Shown: in pieces, positions 40,304 through 49,423 of the stretch
How the letters are laid out: each line of letters starts with the position of its first letter
Numbering within the stretch: position 1 is the first letter of the stretch
Assembly (NCBI GenBank): GCA_963653505.1
Contig: CAVJWL010000003.1
Span: forward strand, 2,403-66,402
Direction: 5' to 3'
Origin: an uncultured Prevotellaceae bacterium
Lineage (GTDB): Bacteria; Bacillota_I; Bacilli_A; RFN20; CAG-288
DNA: 64,000 bases
Program-made: the position numbers and the translations under genes
The notes under the pieces: generated by a model
Told to the model about the DNA's origin: nothing
Database searches by the model: none
The model's input: only the letters and a program-made list of their open reading frames with translations

Positions 40304-40736
40304 AGAAATAAATGAAGATTATTTTTCACTTAAAGAAATCCCAACAAGTGATTTTGTTAGATATTTATTGAATAAAGAGGATTTGATCATCTACTTTGTG
40401 AAAGATAATCCCGGGGAAAAGCACGAAGAAGAACACGTTGATCCTGAATTTTCAGATGAACCCCATGAAGATTACGAAGAAGATGATCACGATGATCACG
40501 AAAATCTCAACGGACATTTATATAAGGTAGTATTTAAAAATTATTCCAATCTAATAGTTGAAGGAGATGAATGCGATTTATACAGATACAAAAATTCAGC
40601 CATTAAAGATAATTTCATTCAATTAGAATTTTATGGAATAAATTTATCTGAGTCAGGAAATGATTTTAAAATTCAATTTTCTTTCGATAAATACGAGATA
40701 TTTGATTGTGGAAAAATAAAAAGTCCAGAAGTTTAA
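40296..40736 (+). CDS. Acidic, His/Asp/Glu-rich cytoplasmic protein, function unknown
   Basis: ATG 40296 is preceded by AAGGAAG and overlaps the upstream stop (ATGACTGA). Contains the HEEEHVDPEFSDEPHEDYEEDDHDDHEN segment. Confidence 0.4.
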   Translation: MTEEINEDYFSLKEIPTSDFVRYLLNKEDLIIYFVKDNPGEKHEEEHVDPEFSDEPHEDYEEDDHDDHENLNGHLYKVVFKNYSNLIVEGDECDLYRYKNSAIKDNFIQLEFYGINLSESGNDFKIQFSFDKYEIFDCGKIKSPEV

Positions 40737-40741
40737 AAATT

Positions 40742-40772
40742 AGGCTTTAACAATTTTTGTTAAAGCCTTTTT
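40742..40772 (+). terminator. Rho-independent terminator
   Basis: aggctttaaca-atttt-tgttaaagcct perfect 11-bp stem followed by TTTT. Confidence 0.7.
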
Positions 40773-40775
40773 CAT

Positions 40776-40804
40776 TTGCATTATAAATATCAAAGTATTA
40801 TAAT
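40776..40804 (+). promoter_or_regulatory. Sigma-70-type promoter for the 40835 operon
   Basis: TTGCAT, 17-nt spacer, TATAAT, located 30 nt upstream of the ATG. Confidence 0.5.
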
Positions 40805-40834
40805 CAAATTACACGTAGGAGGAAAATTATAATA

Positions 40835-41503
40835 ATGCGTAGTAAAATTAGACTATTATTGATTATATCGTTTTTATGTAGGCCTATCTTATCTTCTTAT
40901 TCATCAGGAACTGTTACTCTTGAATGGCACGCTTTCACTGAAGCTATAAAATTATCAAATGGAAAAAGTTCTGGTGGTTTTGGTCATTCATTTATGAAAA
41001 TTCATAATGAAAAGAACGTGAATGTTCAAATTGGTTATTATACACTTCAACCACACGAATATGTCACAATAGGATTATGGACAAATGGAGTTGCTGGTTC
41101 ATCATCCTCTTCCAGTAGTGACTCAACAAGTAAACCAAACAAAAACTTTAAAGGTGGTGTTTTATATAACGAAGAAAGATACAAATATACTATAGATGAA
41201 AATATGACAAATAACATCTATACTAGTATGACTTTAGATAACTCTGATATAACCACATTAACCAAAATCTTAAAAGAAAAAAATTCAAGATACAATGTTA
41301 TAACCTACAATTGCGCAACATTTACTACTGATATTTGGAATCAATTAAATGGTACTAAATATTGGACTGGTTGGAATCAAACACCAAGCTCTGTAATGGA
41401 TGATATTGATGATTATTCTTATAATAAAGATAATAATGTATTAACATATACATCTGAAGTTTACTTTTATAATGAAAGTGAAGGAAAATTAACCTACTTA
41501 TGA
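40835..41503 (+). CDS. Secreted protein with poly-Ser linker and His...Cys motifs (possible permuted papain-like hydrolase)
   Basis: Signal peptide MRSKIRLLLIISFLC..., GGFGHSFMKIH, SSSSSSSDS, and YNVITYNCATFTTDIWN. SD AGGAGG. Confidence 0.45.
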   Translation: MRSKIRLLLIISFLCRPILSSYSSGTVTLEWHAFTEAIKLSNGKSSGGFGHSFMKIHNEKNVNVQIGYYTLQPHEYVTIGLWTNGVAGSSSSSSSDSTSKPNKNFKGGVLYNEERYKYTIDENMTNNIYTSMTLDNSDITTLTKILKEKNSRYNVITYNCATFTTDIWNQLNGTKYWTGWNQTPSSVMDDIDDYSYNKDNNVLTYTSEVYFYNESEGKLTYL

Positions 41504-41928
41504 AAAAACAAGCTCTTTTATATACAGTCTCTTACTTATTATTAATTATATCTTATCCAATTTACGGATTTGTTTCCTATCCAAATTCTACATCTCCTGG
41601 TTCAAGTTTATTTGAATACACCCTATACAACAACATGGTTTACGAAGTTTTACCTTTAATTGGTGCAATGATTTTAACATTCTTCTCATATTTCATATAT
41701 TTCAAATTGCTGCCAAAAAAGAAAAGTTATTGGTTCTTAATACCAGAATTTATAAATTTAGTTTGCGATGGAACTCTTATCTTTATGGGCTTTTTCATTT
41801 GGAAAGCAAGTGTAAATTTCTATGGTGCAATAATCATTGCATTTTGGTCAATCATCTTATTCATCATCGGTATTATTCCAATTGTTCTTCACTTTTTAAA
41901 AGATAAGAAGAAAGACGAAAATAGGTAA
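41500..41928 (+). CDS. Four-TM membrane protein translationally coupled to the secreted protein
   Basis: ATGA overlap with the upstream stop. 142 aa with four hydrophobic segments. Confidence 0.45.
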   Translation: MKKQALLYTVSYLLLIISYPIYGFVSYPNSTSPGSSLFEYTLYNNMVYEVLPLIGAMILTFFSYFIYFKLLPKKKSYWFLIPEFINLVCDGTLIFMGFFIWKASVNFYGAIIIAFWSIILFIIGIIPIVLHFLKDKKKDENR

Positions 41929-41942
41929 TATCAGTTCACATT

Positions 41943-41968
41943 AAAAAGGAGGCTTCCCTCCTTTTTTA
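41943..41968. terminator. Bidirectional terminator
   Basis: AAAAA, aaggagg-cttc-cctcctt stem, then TTTTT. Confidence 0.7.
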
Positions 41969-41969
41969 T

Positions 41970-42554
41970 TTATTTTTGTTTTTTAGCGTTAGCTTCGAAA
42001 TGTTTACTAGTAACATCTTCTCTGATACCAGCTAAAGCTTCATATATTTCACGATTTGTTGCATTCGGATGATTTTTGATAAATTCATCAAATTCACCGA
42101 TGATATCTCCCATATATGGTTCATCATATTCTTCTTCATCGTCAGTATCACTTGAAGTATCAACTTCTTCATCTTCTTCATTTTTAGCTTTAACAGTATT
42201 ACTATCATTCATATATAAAGGATATGATTCATCTGTTAAAAGATATTCATGACTTGGATCAAAGTATGTGAACAAAAAGCGGAAATGAACTGCTACGTTT
42301 TCTTCTCTTAAAAAATCACAGATTGAATCTTTGACTTCATTTTCTAATTCTTCGAATTGTTCTGGGGCTTCGATTTCAACATTTAAACGGAAATTAGTTT
42401 GTTCAAAACCATTGTGAATGATAAAGCCTTCGCAAGCAAAGAATTCGATTTCATTTTCGCTGACATCGTAGATTTCAGCTAATTTTTTGTTCAACTTCTT
42501 TGTATAACGAATAGCTTCATAAGAATCCATACCAAATAATTTGATTGTAATCAT
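41970..42554 (-). CDS. Hypothetical protein with acidic linker (N-terminus possibly tautomerase-like/DUF1904)
   Basis: 194 aa, 17 nt downstream of priA on the same strand. D/E-rich segment EEDEEVDTSSDTDDEEEYDE. The family call is uncertain. Confidence 0.35.
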   Translation of the reverse strand: MITIKLFGMDSYEAIRYTKKLNKKLAEIYDVSENEIEFFACEGFIIHNGFEQTNFRLNVEIEAPEQFEELENEVKDSICDFLREENVAVHFRFLFTYFDPSHEYLLTDESYPLYMNDSNTVKAKNEEDEEVDTSSDTDDEEEYDEPYMGDIIGEFDEFIKNHPNATNREIYEALAGIREDVTSKHFEANAKKQK

Positions 42555-42571
42555 ATTTTGTTTCTCCTTCT

Positions 42572-44788
42572 TTATAAACTTTCACGACCAGGATCAATAT
42601 TGATCATTATCTCAGCATCTTTGATTGATAATCGAAATACTTTTATTCCATCAAGAAGTGGTGAGATTTCTTCATACGACTTATATTTTAACAATAAATT
42701 GCGATAATATCTTCCATTTTGATAAGGAATATATGGAACTGACGGTCCATAAATATTAATCCTATAATTTTTGACATTATCTTTAAGATATTTTGCAATA
42801 TTATCTGCTATTGAACAACAGTTTTTTTGATCGATTGCTTTCACAGTGATCATACACAAATAGGTATAAGGTGGATATTGATATTTTCTTCTTTCTTCCA
42901 TCTCATATTGATAGAAACTAGAATAATCTTGTTTAGCCGCTAATTGAATCACTTTATTATCTGGTGAATATGTTTGAATCAATATCCTTCCTTTTTTCAA
43001 TGCTCTACCGGCTCTTCCAACAAATTGAGAAATTAAGTCAAAAGTATCTTCATTTGCCATATAAGTAGGGAGTCTTAAGGAAAAATCAGCATCTAATATC
43101 GCAGCTAAAGTGACATTTGGAAAGTTCAATCCTTTAGAAATCACTTGCGTGCCAACGAGAATATCGCTTTCTCCTAAGGAGAAATCTTGAAGGATTTCAT
43201 GCCTGACATCATTGCTAGAAACATCGCTATCCAATCTGAATATCTTAGCTTGGGGAAACAAAAGCTTCAATTCTTCATATGCACGTTCTGTTCCATAACC
43301 AAGTTCTAAAAAATCATGTTCATCACAAGAATTGCACTTTAAATCATAAGTATCTAATTTATATCCACAATGATGACAGCATAACACTCGTTGTTTTTTA
43401 TGATAATTTAACGGAATTTTACAGTTAGGACATCGAATGACATGTTGACATTTTCTACACATATAAATAGGAGAATAACCTCTTCTATTTACAAGTATCA
43501 TCGTTTGTTCTTTTCTTGACAAATTCTCTTGAATTTCTTTTATCAATCTAGTCGTATAAAAACTGGATAAACGAAGATTTAAATTATTAGAGTCATTCAT
43601 ATCAACCAGTATCAAATCATGTTCTTGATTTTGACTGAAACGATTTTTCATGAATAATGGTTGATAAATATTTCTTTCAGCTCTGGCTTTATCAATAATT
43701 CTTGGAGTAGCTGAACCTAATAAGACCTTAGCATTTTCATTTTCAGCTCTCATAAGAGCGACTTTGATAGCATCATAATAGGGAACATTATCCTGTTTAT
43801 AACTTGCAGAGTGCTCTTCATCGATGATGATGATACCTAAATCTTTAATAGGTGAGAAAATCGCACTTCTAGTTCCAAGAACAACTTTAGATTCCCCTGA
43901 GACAATCCTTTTAAATTCATCATATTTTCTTCCATCACTTAAAGACGAATTCAAAATAGAAATCGTGTCTTTAAAGTGACTGTAGAAAATATCAGCCATA
44001 TGATCTGTCAAAGTAATTTCTGGAAGTAACATCAAAACACCTTTACCTATCTTTAAATAATGTTCGATAAGTTTTAAATACACTTCAGTTTTTCCGCTTC
44101 CCGTCACTCCTTCTAATAAAAAAGTATTCTTGTCAGAGTTGATAACTGAATCATATACATTCATCTGTTCTTCAGTGAGAGTTACTTCACGATATTTTTT
44201 TGCTTCCAATTCAGGAATTCTACTGACAGGAATCGCTCTTATTTCAACTGCCTTCATTTCGATAAGAGAATTCAAAGAAGCTTTCGCTGAAATCGAAGTC
44301 TTTCTAACACCATCATTATTTTCTTGGATTTTTAAATATAGTGTTTTTTGTTTTTTATTGAGGTTTTTTATATCAAAAGGAAGAGTGAAAACATAATCGA
44401 TAGTTTTAGCTTGGGTTTTCTTCAAAGCAGAGTTTTTAGGTTTTAATGAAGGAGGTAAAAAAGCTGATAAAACTTTTATCAAATCAGCTTTGTAATAACT
44501 AGACATTTGGTTTGCTAGTTTCATAAGATTTAAATCTAACAATGGCTCATCATCGACTTTTCTGATTATCTTTGATAATTTAATTCCATTTTTCGATTCA
44601 TAATCTTGAATTGTTTCATCAATCTCAGTTGGTTTTTCCATTACAAAAGCAATTGTTTCTTTTGAATTACCAAATGAAACAATAACTCTTTCGCCAGCCT
44701 GGATAGAATCATCTAACGAATAATAAGAAAACAATCTATCCAAAGCTGATACTGAACGACCAATTAAAACCTTGACTAAATAAAACAT
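42572..44788 (-). CDS. priA: Primosomal protein N' (replication restart helicase PriA)
   Basis: GVTGSGKTEVY, IIIDEEH, and Cys-rich zinc region CRKCQHVIRCPNC...CCHHCGY...CNSC. 738 aa. Confidence 0.9.
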   Translation of the reverse strand: MFYLVKVLIGRSVSALDRLFSYYSLDDSIQAGERVIVSFGNSKETIAFVMEKPTEIDETIQDYESKNGIKLSKIIRKVDDEPLLDLNLMKLANQMSSYYKADLIKVLSAFLPPSLKPKNSALKKTQAKTIDYVFTLPFDIKNLNKKQKTLYLKIQENNDGVRKTSISAKASLNSLIEMKAVEIRAIPVSRIPELEAKKYREVTLTEEQMNVYDSVINSDKNTFLLEGVTGSGKTEVYLKLIEHYLKIGKGVLMLLPEITLTDHMADIFYSHFKDTISILNSSLSDGRKYDEFKRIVSGESKVVLGTRSAIFSPIKDLGIIIIDEEHSASYKQDNVPYYDAIKVALMRAENENAKVLLGSATPRIIDKARAERNIYQPLFMKNRFSQNQEHDLILVDMNDSNNLNLRLSSFYTTRLIKEIQENLSRKEQTMILVNRRGYSPIYMCRKCQHVIRCPNCKIPLNYHKKQRVLCCHHCGYKLDTYDLKCNSCDEHDFLELGYGTERAYEELKLLFPQAKIFRLDSDVSSNDVRHEILQDFSLGESDILVGTQVISKGLNFPNVTLAAILDADFSLRLPTYMANEDTFDLISQFVGRAGRALKKGRILIQTYSPDNKVIQLAAKQDYSSFYQYEMEERRKYQYPPYTYLCMITVKAIDQKNCCSIADNIAKYLKDNVKNYRINIYGPSVPYIPYQNGRYYRNLLLKYKSYEEISPLLDGIKVFRLSIKDAEIMINIDPGRESL

Positions 44789-44789
44789 G

Positions 44790-46217
44790 TTAAATTTTCA
44801 ATTCTACTTGTATATTTTTCTTATGATATTTTTTGATCAATGGATTGACATCTTTTTCAATGAATGATTCTGTTTGTTCCTTTGAAAGTCCGATGAAATT
44901 AGTCGGATTTAAGATCGAACAGAGTTCTTCTTTTGAAAGATTAAATCTTTCATCATTCGCTATCAATTCTAACAATCTATTCGGCTTTCCAAGTTTTACT
45001 TCATCAGCGCATAATTGAGAATATTCTCTTATGATTTCATGAATGACTTGTCTGTCTTGTCCTTTTTTAACAGCCTCCATCATGATGTTTTCAGTTGCCA
45101 TAAATGGAAGATTGTCTTCAACTCTTTTTTGAATGACTTTCTTATTGACAACTAATCCATCAGTGATGTTGATAAACAAATCCAAAAGTCCATCGATTGT
45201 TAAGAATGATTCACTCAAGGTAAGTCTTCTATTTGCAGAATCATCAAGTGTTCTTTCAAAGAATTGTGATGCACTAGTAAGATTTGAATTCATAGTTTCT
45301 ACCATGACATATCTAGAGAGAGAACTCATTCTTTCTGATCTCATCGGATTTCTTTTATATGGCATTGCTGAACTGCCCACTTGTTTTTTCTCGAATGGTT
45401 CTTCGATTTCATGATATGATTGAAGAACTCTTAAATCTTGAGAAAACTTATACATAGTAGAAGCAAATCCCGATAAACAATTCAAGAGATATGTATCTAT
45501 TTTTCTTGTATATGTTTGACCAGAAACCGGAAGTGATTCTTTGAATCCCATCTTTTTAGTGACTAATTGTTCAAGTTTTAAAACTTTCTTTTTATCACCA
45601 TCAAATAAATCTAAGAAACTAGCTTGAGTACCAGTAGCTCCTTTGATAGATCTCGGCTTTAAGACTGATAATTGATATTCAAGATTTCTCATATCTAGAG
45701 TTATTTCATACATCCATAAGCTAGCTCTTTTACCGATAGTAGTGAGCTGAGCTGGTTGAAGATGGGTATAACCAAGAGTTACAAAATCTTTATATTTCAA
45801 TGCAAACTTCTTCAAATTGACGAGTACTTGGCTTGCTTTTCTCAATAAGATTTCACTGGCTTCCTTTAAAATCAAGATATCAGTATTATCATCTACATAA
45901 CAAGAAGTTGCACCTAAATGAATGATTCCCTTTGCTTTCGGACATTGTAATCCATAGGCATAAATTTGAGCCATGACATCATGTCTTATCTCTGCTTCTT
46001 TCTTTTTAGCATCTTCAAAATTGATATCTTTTTCATGAGCTTTTAATTCTTCGATTTGCTCATCAGTGATATTCAATCCTAATTCTTTTTCACTCTCTGC
46101 TAAAATGACCCATAAATGTCTAAAAGTTTCAAACTTTTTTTGTTCGCTGAAAAGATATTGCATCTCCTTGCTTGCGTATCTGCTTGATAAAGGTGAAACA
46201 TAACCATCGTAACTCAT
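44790..46217 (-). CDS. purB: Adenylosuccinate lyase
   Basis: Fumarate-lyase signature GSSAMPYKRNPMRSE. 475 aa. Confidence 0.9.
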   Translation of the reverse strand: MSYDGYVSPLSSRYASKEMQYLFSEQKKFETFRHLWVILAESEKELGLNITDEQIEELKAHEKDINFEDAKKKEAEIRHDVMAQIYAYGLQCPKAKGIIHLGATSCYVDDNTDILILKEASEILLRKASQVLVNLKKFALKYKDFVTLGYTHLQPAQLTTIGKRASLWMYEITLDMRNLEYQLSVLKPRSIKGATGTQASFLDLFDGDKKKVLKLEQLVTKKMGFKESLPVSGQTYTRKIDTYLLNCLSGFASTMYKFSQDLRVLQSYHEIEEPFEKKQVGSSAMPYKRNPMRSERMSSLSRYVMVETMNSNLTSASQFFERTLDDSANRRLTLSESFLTIDGLLDLFINITDGLVVNKKVIQKRVEDNLPFMATENIMMEAVKKGQDRQVIHEIIREYSQLCADEVKLGKPNRLLELIANDERFNLSKEELCSILNPTNFIGLSKEQTESFIEKDVNPLIKKYHKKNIQVELKI

Positions 46218-46239
46218 ATATATACCTCCATATTTCTTC

Positions 46240-47388
46240 TTATTTTAACATTTCTTTTATTGAAGAAAAATTTAAATCTAAAGTCTTTTCAAAAATATTT
46301 ATCGCCATCTTTTTTCTCAAATCGATATCATAATCAAAGACATTATCTGAACAAGGAATGACTAAAACATCATCATATTCATTATATATGGTATTTAACG
46401 CTTCTTTTTGTATAGAACCACAAAGCAAAACAATCTTGGCTTTTGGATTTATTTTCTTTACTTTCTTAAGAATTTCAATCGATCCTTTTCCTTCAAAAGA
46501 AGACATATCAATTCTTCCTTCACCAGTAAAGACTAATGATGATTCTTCAATATGTTTTTCAATCTCTTTAGAATCTAATAAAAATTTGGAACCTGATAAG
46601 ATATTAGAATTGAAAAAAGATAAAAACATCATACCTAAACCACCTGCAGCACCAGAACCTTTAACCCTAGTCATATCAATACCTTTATAATCAATATAAA
46701 ATTTTGATAGCCTTTTCATACCTTTTTCTAAAATCGGCAAATCAACTTCTTTAGCACCTTTTTGAAGGGCATAAATATAGGTAGCACCATTATCTCCAAG
46801 AAGTGGATTTTTAACATCGCTTAAAATGGTGACATCAATATCTTTAATTCTTTTATCAAGCTTTGAAAAATCACATTTATAAACGAGATTTAAATTTGAA
46901 CCATCAGGTATTATTTCTTCATCATATTCATTATAAAAACAAGCTCCCAAAGCATATAAAGCACCAGCACCCATATCATTTGTTGAACTGCCACCTAAAC
47001 CTATAAAAACATGTTTTATATCTTTATTTTCAAGAATATCAAGAAATGCTTGTCCCAATGGAAATGTCGAAGCATGATAAATATCAAGATGTTGTAAAAG
47101 TTTATATCCGATAAAAGATGCACTTTCAATATAACAACTATCTCCATCAACAAGATAATAGGCATCAATCTTTTTTTGCCTCAATGGATTATCAATAATC
47201 AAATGGCGTCTATAAAATTTATCTTTTAACAATGATTCCATTGTATCTATAAAACCATCACCACCATCTGAGAATGGTATTGAAAAAGAATAATACATTG
47301 AAAATTTACTTTTCAAAATATCATTCATATCACCTGCTTTAATAGTACCTTTAAAGTCATTCATCAAATACAGTAATTTCATAAGCAT
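46240..47388 (-). CDS. Glycerate kinase
   Basis: NDFKGT, GLGGSSTNDMGAG and TGEGRIDMSSFEGKG motifs. 382 aa. Confidence 0.8.
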   Translation of the reverse strand: MLMKLLYLMNDFKGTIKAGDMNDILKSKFSMYYSFSIPFSDGGDGFIDTMESLLKDKFYRRHLIIDNPLRQKKIDAYYLVDGDSCYIESASFIGYKLLQHLDIYHASTFPLGQAFLDILENKDIKHVFIGLGGSSTNDMGAGALYALGACFYNEYDEEIIPDGSNLNLVYKCDFSKLDKRIKDIDVTILSDVKNPLLGDNGATYIYALQKGAKEVDLPILEKGMKRLSKFYIDYKGIDMTRVKGSGAAGGLGMMFLSFFNSNILSGSKFLLDSKEIEKHIEESSLVFTGEGRIDMSSFEGKGSIEILKKVKKINPKAKIVLLCGSIQKEALNTIYNEYDDVLVIPCSDNVFDYDIDLRKKMAINIFEKTLDLNFSSIKEMLK

Positions 47389-47427
47389 TATTATAAAATT
47401 AAAATTCTAATTTGATATAATTATTTT

Positions 47428-47916
47428 ATGGAATATAAACATATCACCCATGAATCTATCCCACCATTTTATGATTCAGAATCAAAAATATTGATACTAG
47501 GTTCTTTGCCATCTATAGGTTCTAGAAAAGCAGGATTTTACTATGCTTATAAAACAAATAGATTTTTTAAAATCTTATCAAAATTATTCGATGAAGAAGA
47601 ACCGATATCAACGGAAGAAAGAAAAGCATTTTTAAAAATACATAAAATAGCCCTATTTGATGTCATCAAAGAATGTGATATCAAAGGAAGCAGTGATTCA
47701 TCAATCAAGAATCCAATTGTGAACGATTTTACTGTTATTTTAAAAGAATCTAATATCAAAGCCGTATTCACAACTGGAAGTCTTGCCGATACTTTATATA
47801 AAAAATATGTGAATACAAATAACATAAGTCTACCAAGTCCTAGTGCAGCCAATGCTCAAATGGACTTAGAAAAACTTGTAAAAGAATATACAATCATACT
47901 TTATTTTTTGAAATAA
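47428..47916 (+). CDS. Uracil-DNA-glycosylase-superfamily protein, DNA-deoxyinosine (hypoxanthine) glycosylase-like
   Basis: ILILGSLPSIGS...FYYAYKTNRFF...ALFDV...LPSPSAANA pattern. 162 aa. Confidence 0.6.
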   Translation: MEYKHITHESIPPFYDSESKILILGSLPSIGSRKAGFYYAYKTNRFFKILSKLFDEEEPISTEERKAFLKIHKIALFDVIKECDIKGSSDSSIKNPIVNDFTVILKESNIKAVFTTGSLADTLYKKYVNTNNISLPSPSAANAQMDLEKLVKEYTIILYFLK

Positions 47917-47944
47917 AAGAGTTACAATTTTAAGGCTTTAATAT

Positions 47945-48020
47945 GGGCCCATAGCTCAGTTGGGAGAGCGCCTCGTTCGCAACGAGGAGGTCGCCAGTTC
48001 GATCCTGGTTAGGTCCACCA
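47945..48020 (+). tRNA. tRNA-Ala (anticodon CGC)
   Basis: A 76-nt cloverleaf was folded by hand. It comprises acceptor GGGCCCA/TAGGTCC with G3:U70 (one C:A mismatch), D arm GCTC/GAGC, anticodon stem CCTCG/CGAGG with loop TTCGCAA, T arm GCCAG-TTCGATC-CTGGT, and encoded CCA. Confidence 0.9.
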
Positions 48021-48035
48021 ACATTAAAATCATTG

Positions 48036-48071
48036 CTTTGATACAGTAAAATTGCTGTTTCAAAGTTTTTT
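48036..48071 (+). terminator. Terminator hairpin after tRNA-Ala
   Basis: ctttgatacag / ctgtttcaaag arms (1 mismatch) followed by TTTTTT. Confidence 0.6.
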
Positions 48072-48091
48072 ATTTTTACAAATTTTATAGT

Positions 48092-48105
48092 GTTAATAAA
48101 AAAAT
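48092..48105 (+). repeat. Left copy of 14-bp direct repeat (target-site duplication) GTTAATAAAAAAAT
   Basis: Identical 14-mer at 49677..49690, directly abutting both IS ends. Confidence 0.8.
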
Positions 48106-48133
48106 TATTAGTTTTCATAGTGATTGCAAAGAT
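48106..48133 (+). repeat. IS left terminal inverted repeat
   Basis: tattagttttcatagtgattgcaaagat matches the reverse complement of 49649..49676 (tattagttatcattgtgaacgcaaagat) at 24 of 28 positions. Confidence 0.8.
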
Positions 48134-48164
48134 AACGATGTGAAATGTAACAACTGACAGGATG

Positions 48165-48192
48165 GATGATGGCTGACATGTCAGCCATCATC
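48165..48192. repeat. Perfect 28-bp palindrome inside the IS left end
   Basis: gatgatggctgaca|tgtcagccatcatc, about 75 nt upstream of the transposase ATG. Confidence 0.9.
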
Positions 48193-48199
48193 GGCGGCT

Positions 48200-48228
48200 T
48201 TGTCCGGTCCTGTCTTTTTTGCTATCAT
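48200..48228 (+). promoter_or_regulatory. Candidate transposase promoter
   Basis: TTGTCC, 17-nt spacer, TATCAT, followed by AAAGGAGGG and ATG at 48269. Confidence 0.3.
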
Positions 48229-48268
48229 ATTTGAAATCGCCGGCAGACCACGAAAGGAGGGAGACAAC

Positions 48269-49423
48269 ATGTCTGCCAGAAAGAGAAAAAGACTTAACAT
48301 GGACGACCGTTCCAACATCGTCGGATACCTTGCGATGGGGATGACCGTTCCGGAAATCGCCGAAAGAATGACCTGGAGCCCATCCACGATATACAGGGAG
48401 ATCGCCAGGATCCCCCAGCTGAAGGAAGGCGAGGCCGAGGGGAAATGCCCCTTGAGGCAGAGAAGGCATCATGTCTGCAACCAATGTCCAAAGCACGCAT
48501 CCTGCAGGCTTGACAAGGTGTACTACAACTCGAAGACGGCCGAGGACGACGCACGCAGGAAGAGGACCGAGAGCCACTCCGGGCCAAGGGTCGGCACAAA
48601 GACGCTGCTCGCCATCGACAAGATCGTGGCGGACGGTACCGCGAAGGGACAGAGCCTCGAATACATCTACCACTTCCATGAGGAGCTGCACTGCGTAAGC
48701 TGCCTCACGATCAGGCGATGGATATCCTCAGGGTGGCTCACCACGAAGAGGATACAGCTTAGACGTGCGAGAAGATATTCGAAGAAATACGCGAAGACAA
48801 GGGAAAACGACGGAACTCCGAACATGCTGAAGGCGGGAAGGACATACTCGGACTTCATTGACCACACGGAAGGAAGGGATGACTTCGTGCTATTGGAGCT
48901 CGATTCCGTCGAGGGGACCAAAACAAGCAGGAAAAGGCTGTTCACGCTGATGTTCGTGAAGCAGGGATTCCAGGTGGGAAAGCTCTATGACGTCTCCGCG
49001 GCCGCGTCATCCGTCCTCCGCGAGGTGGAAGAGATACTCAAGGCAGTCCTCGAACGCACCGACAAGGAGATAGTGCTGCTAAGCGACAACGGCACGGAAT
49101 TCGCGACGCTTCCGCTTGCGGAGGGCCTAAGCGACAGGGTGCGAGTCTTCTACACGAACCCGTACAAGTCCACCGACAAGGCTCACTGCGAAAGGAACCA
49201 CGAGTACTTCAGGTACGTGTGCCCCAAGGGGAACACGTTCGACTCATGGGACCAGGTGATGATCGACGGAATATTCTCAAACATAAACGGCTACGCCAGG
49301 GAGGAGCTGAAATGGAAAAGCCCCTACGAGCTGTTCGTAGAGGCCTATTCCGAGGATGCCGCAAAGGCGCTCGGAATGCGTGAGATTCCACCGGAAGGTG
49401 TGGATCTCTCGACGAAGTTCTGA
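48269..49423 (+). CDS. IS30-family DDE transposase
   Basis: Strong SD AAAGGAGGG. N-terminal HTH (GMTVPEIAERMTWSPSTIYREI), Cys-rich segment CPLRQRRHHVCNQCPKHASC, and catalytic LELDSVEG / LLSDNGTEF / CERNHEYFR with about 34 aa between the second D and E. Confidence 0.85.
   Translation: MSARKRKRLNMDDRSNIVGYLAMGMTVPEIAERMTWSPSTIYREIARIPQLKEGEAEGKCPLRQRRHHVCNQCPKHASCRLDKVYYNSKTAEDDARRKRTESHSGPRVGTKTLLAIDKIVADGTAKGQSLEYIYHFHEELHCVSCLTIRRWISSGWLTTKRIQLRRARRYSKKYAKTRENDGTPNMLKAGRTYSDFIDHTEGRDDFVLLELDSVEGTKTSRKRLFTLMFVKQGFQVGKLYDVSAAASSVLREVEEILKAVLERTDKEIVLLSDNGTEFATLPLAEGLSDRVRVFYTNPYKSTDKAHCERNHEYFRYVCPKGNTFDSWDQVMIDGIFSNINGYAREELKWKSPYELFVEAYSEDAAKALGMREIPPEGVDLSTKF

Noticed and set aside
47930-48118. 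62-aa minus-strand ORF overlapping the tRNA-Ala gene.
   Set aside because: It lies antisense to a well-folded tRNA and its terminator, so it is not credible as coding.
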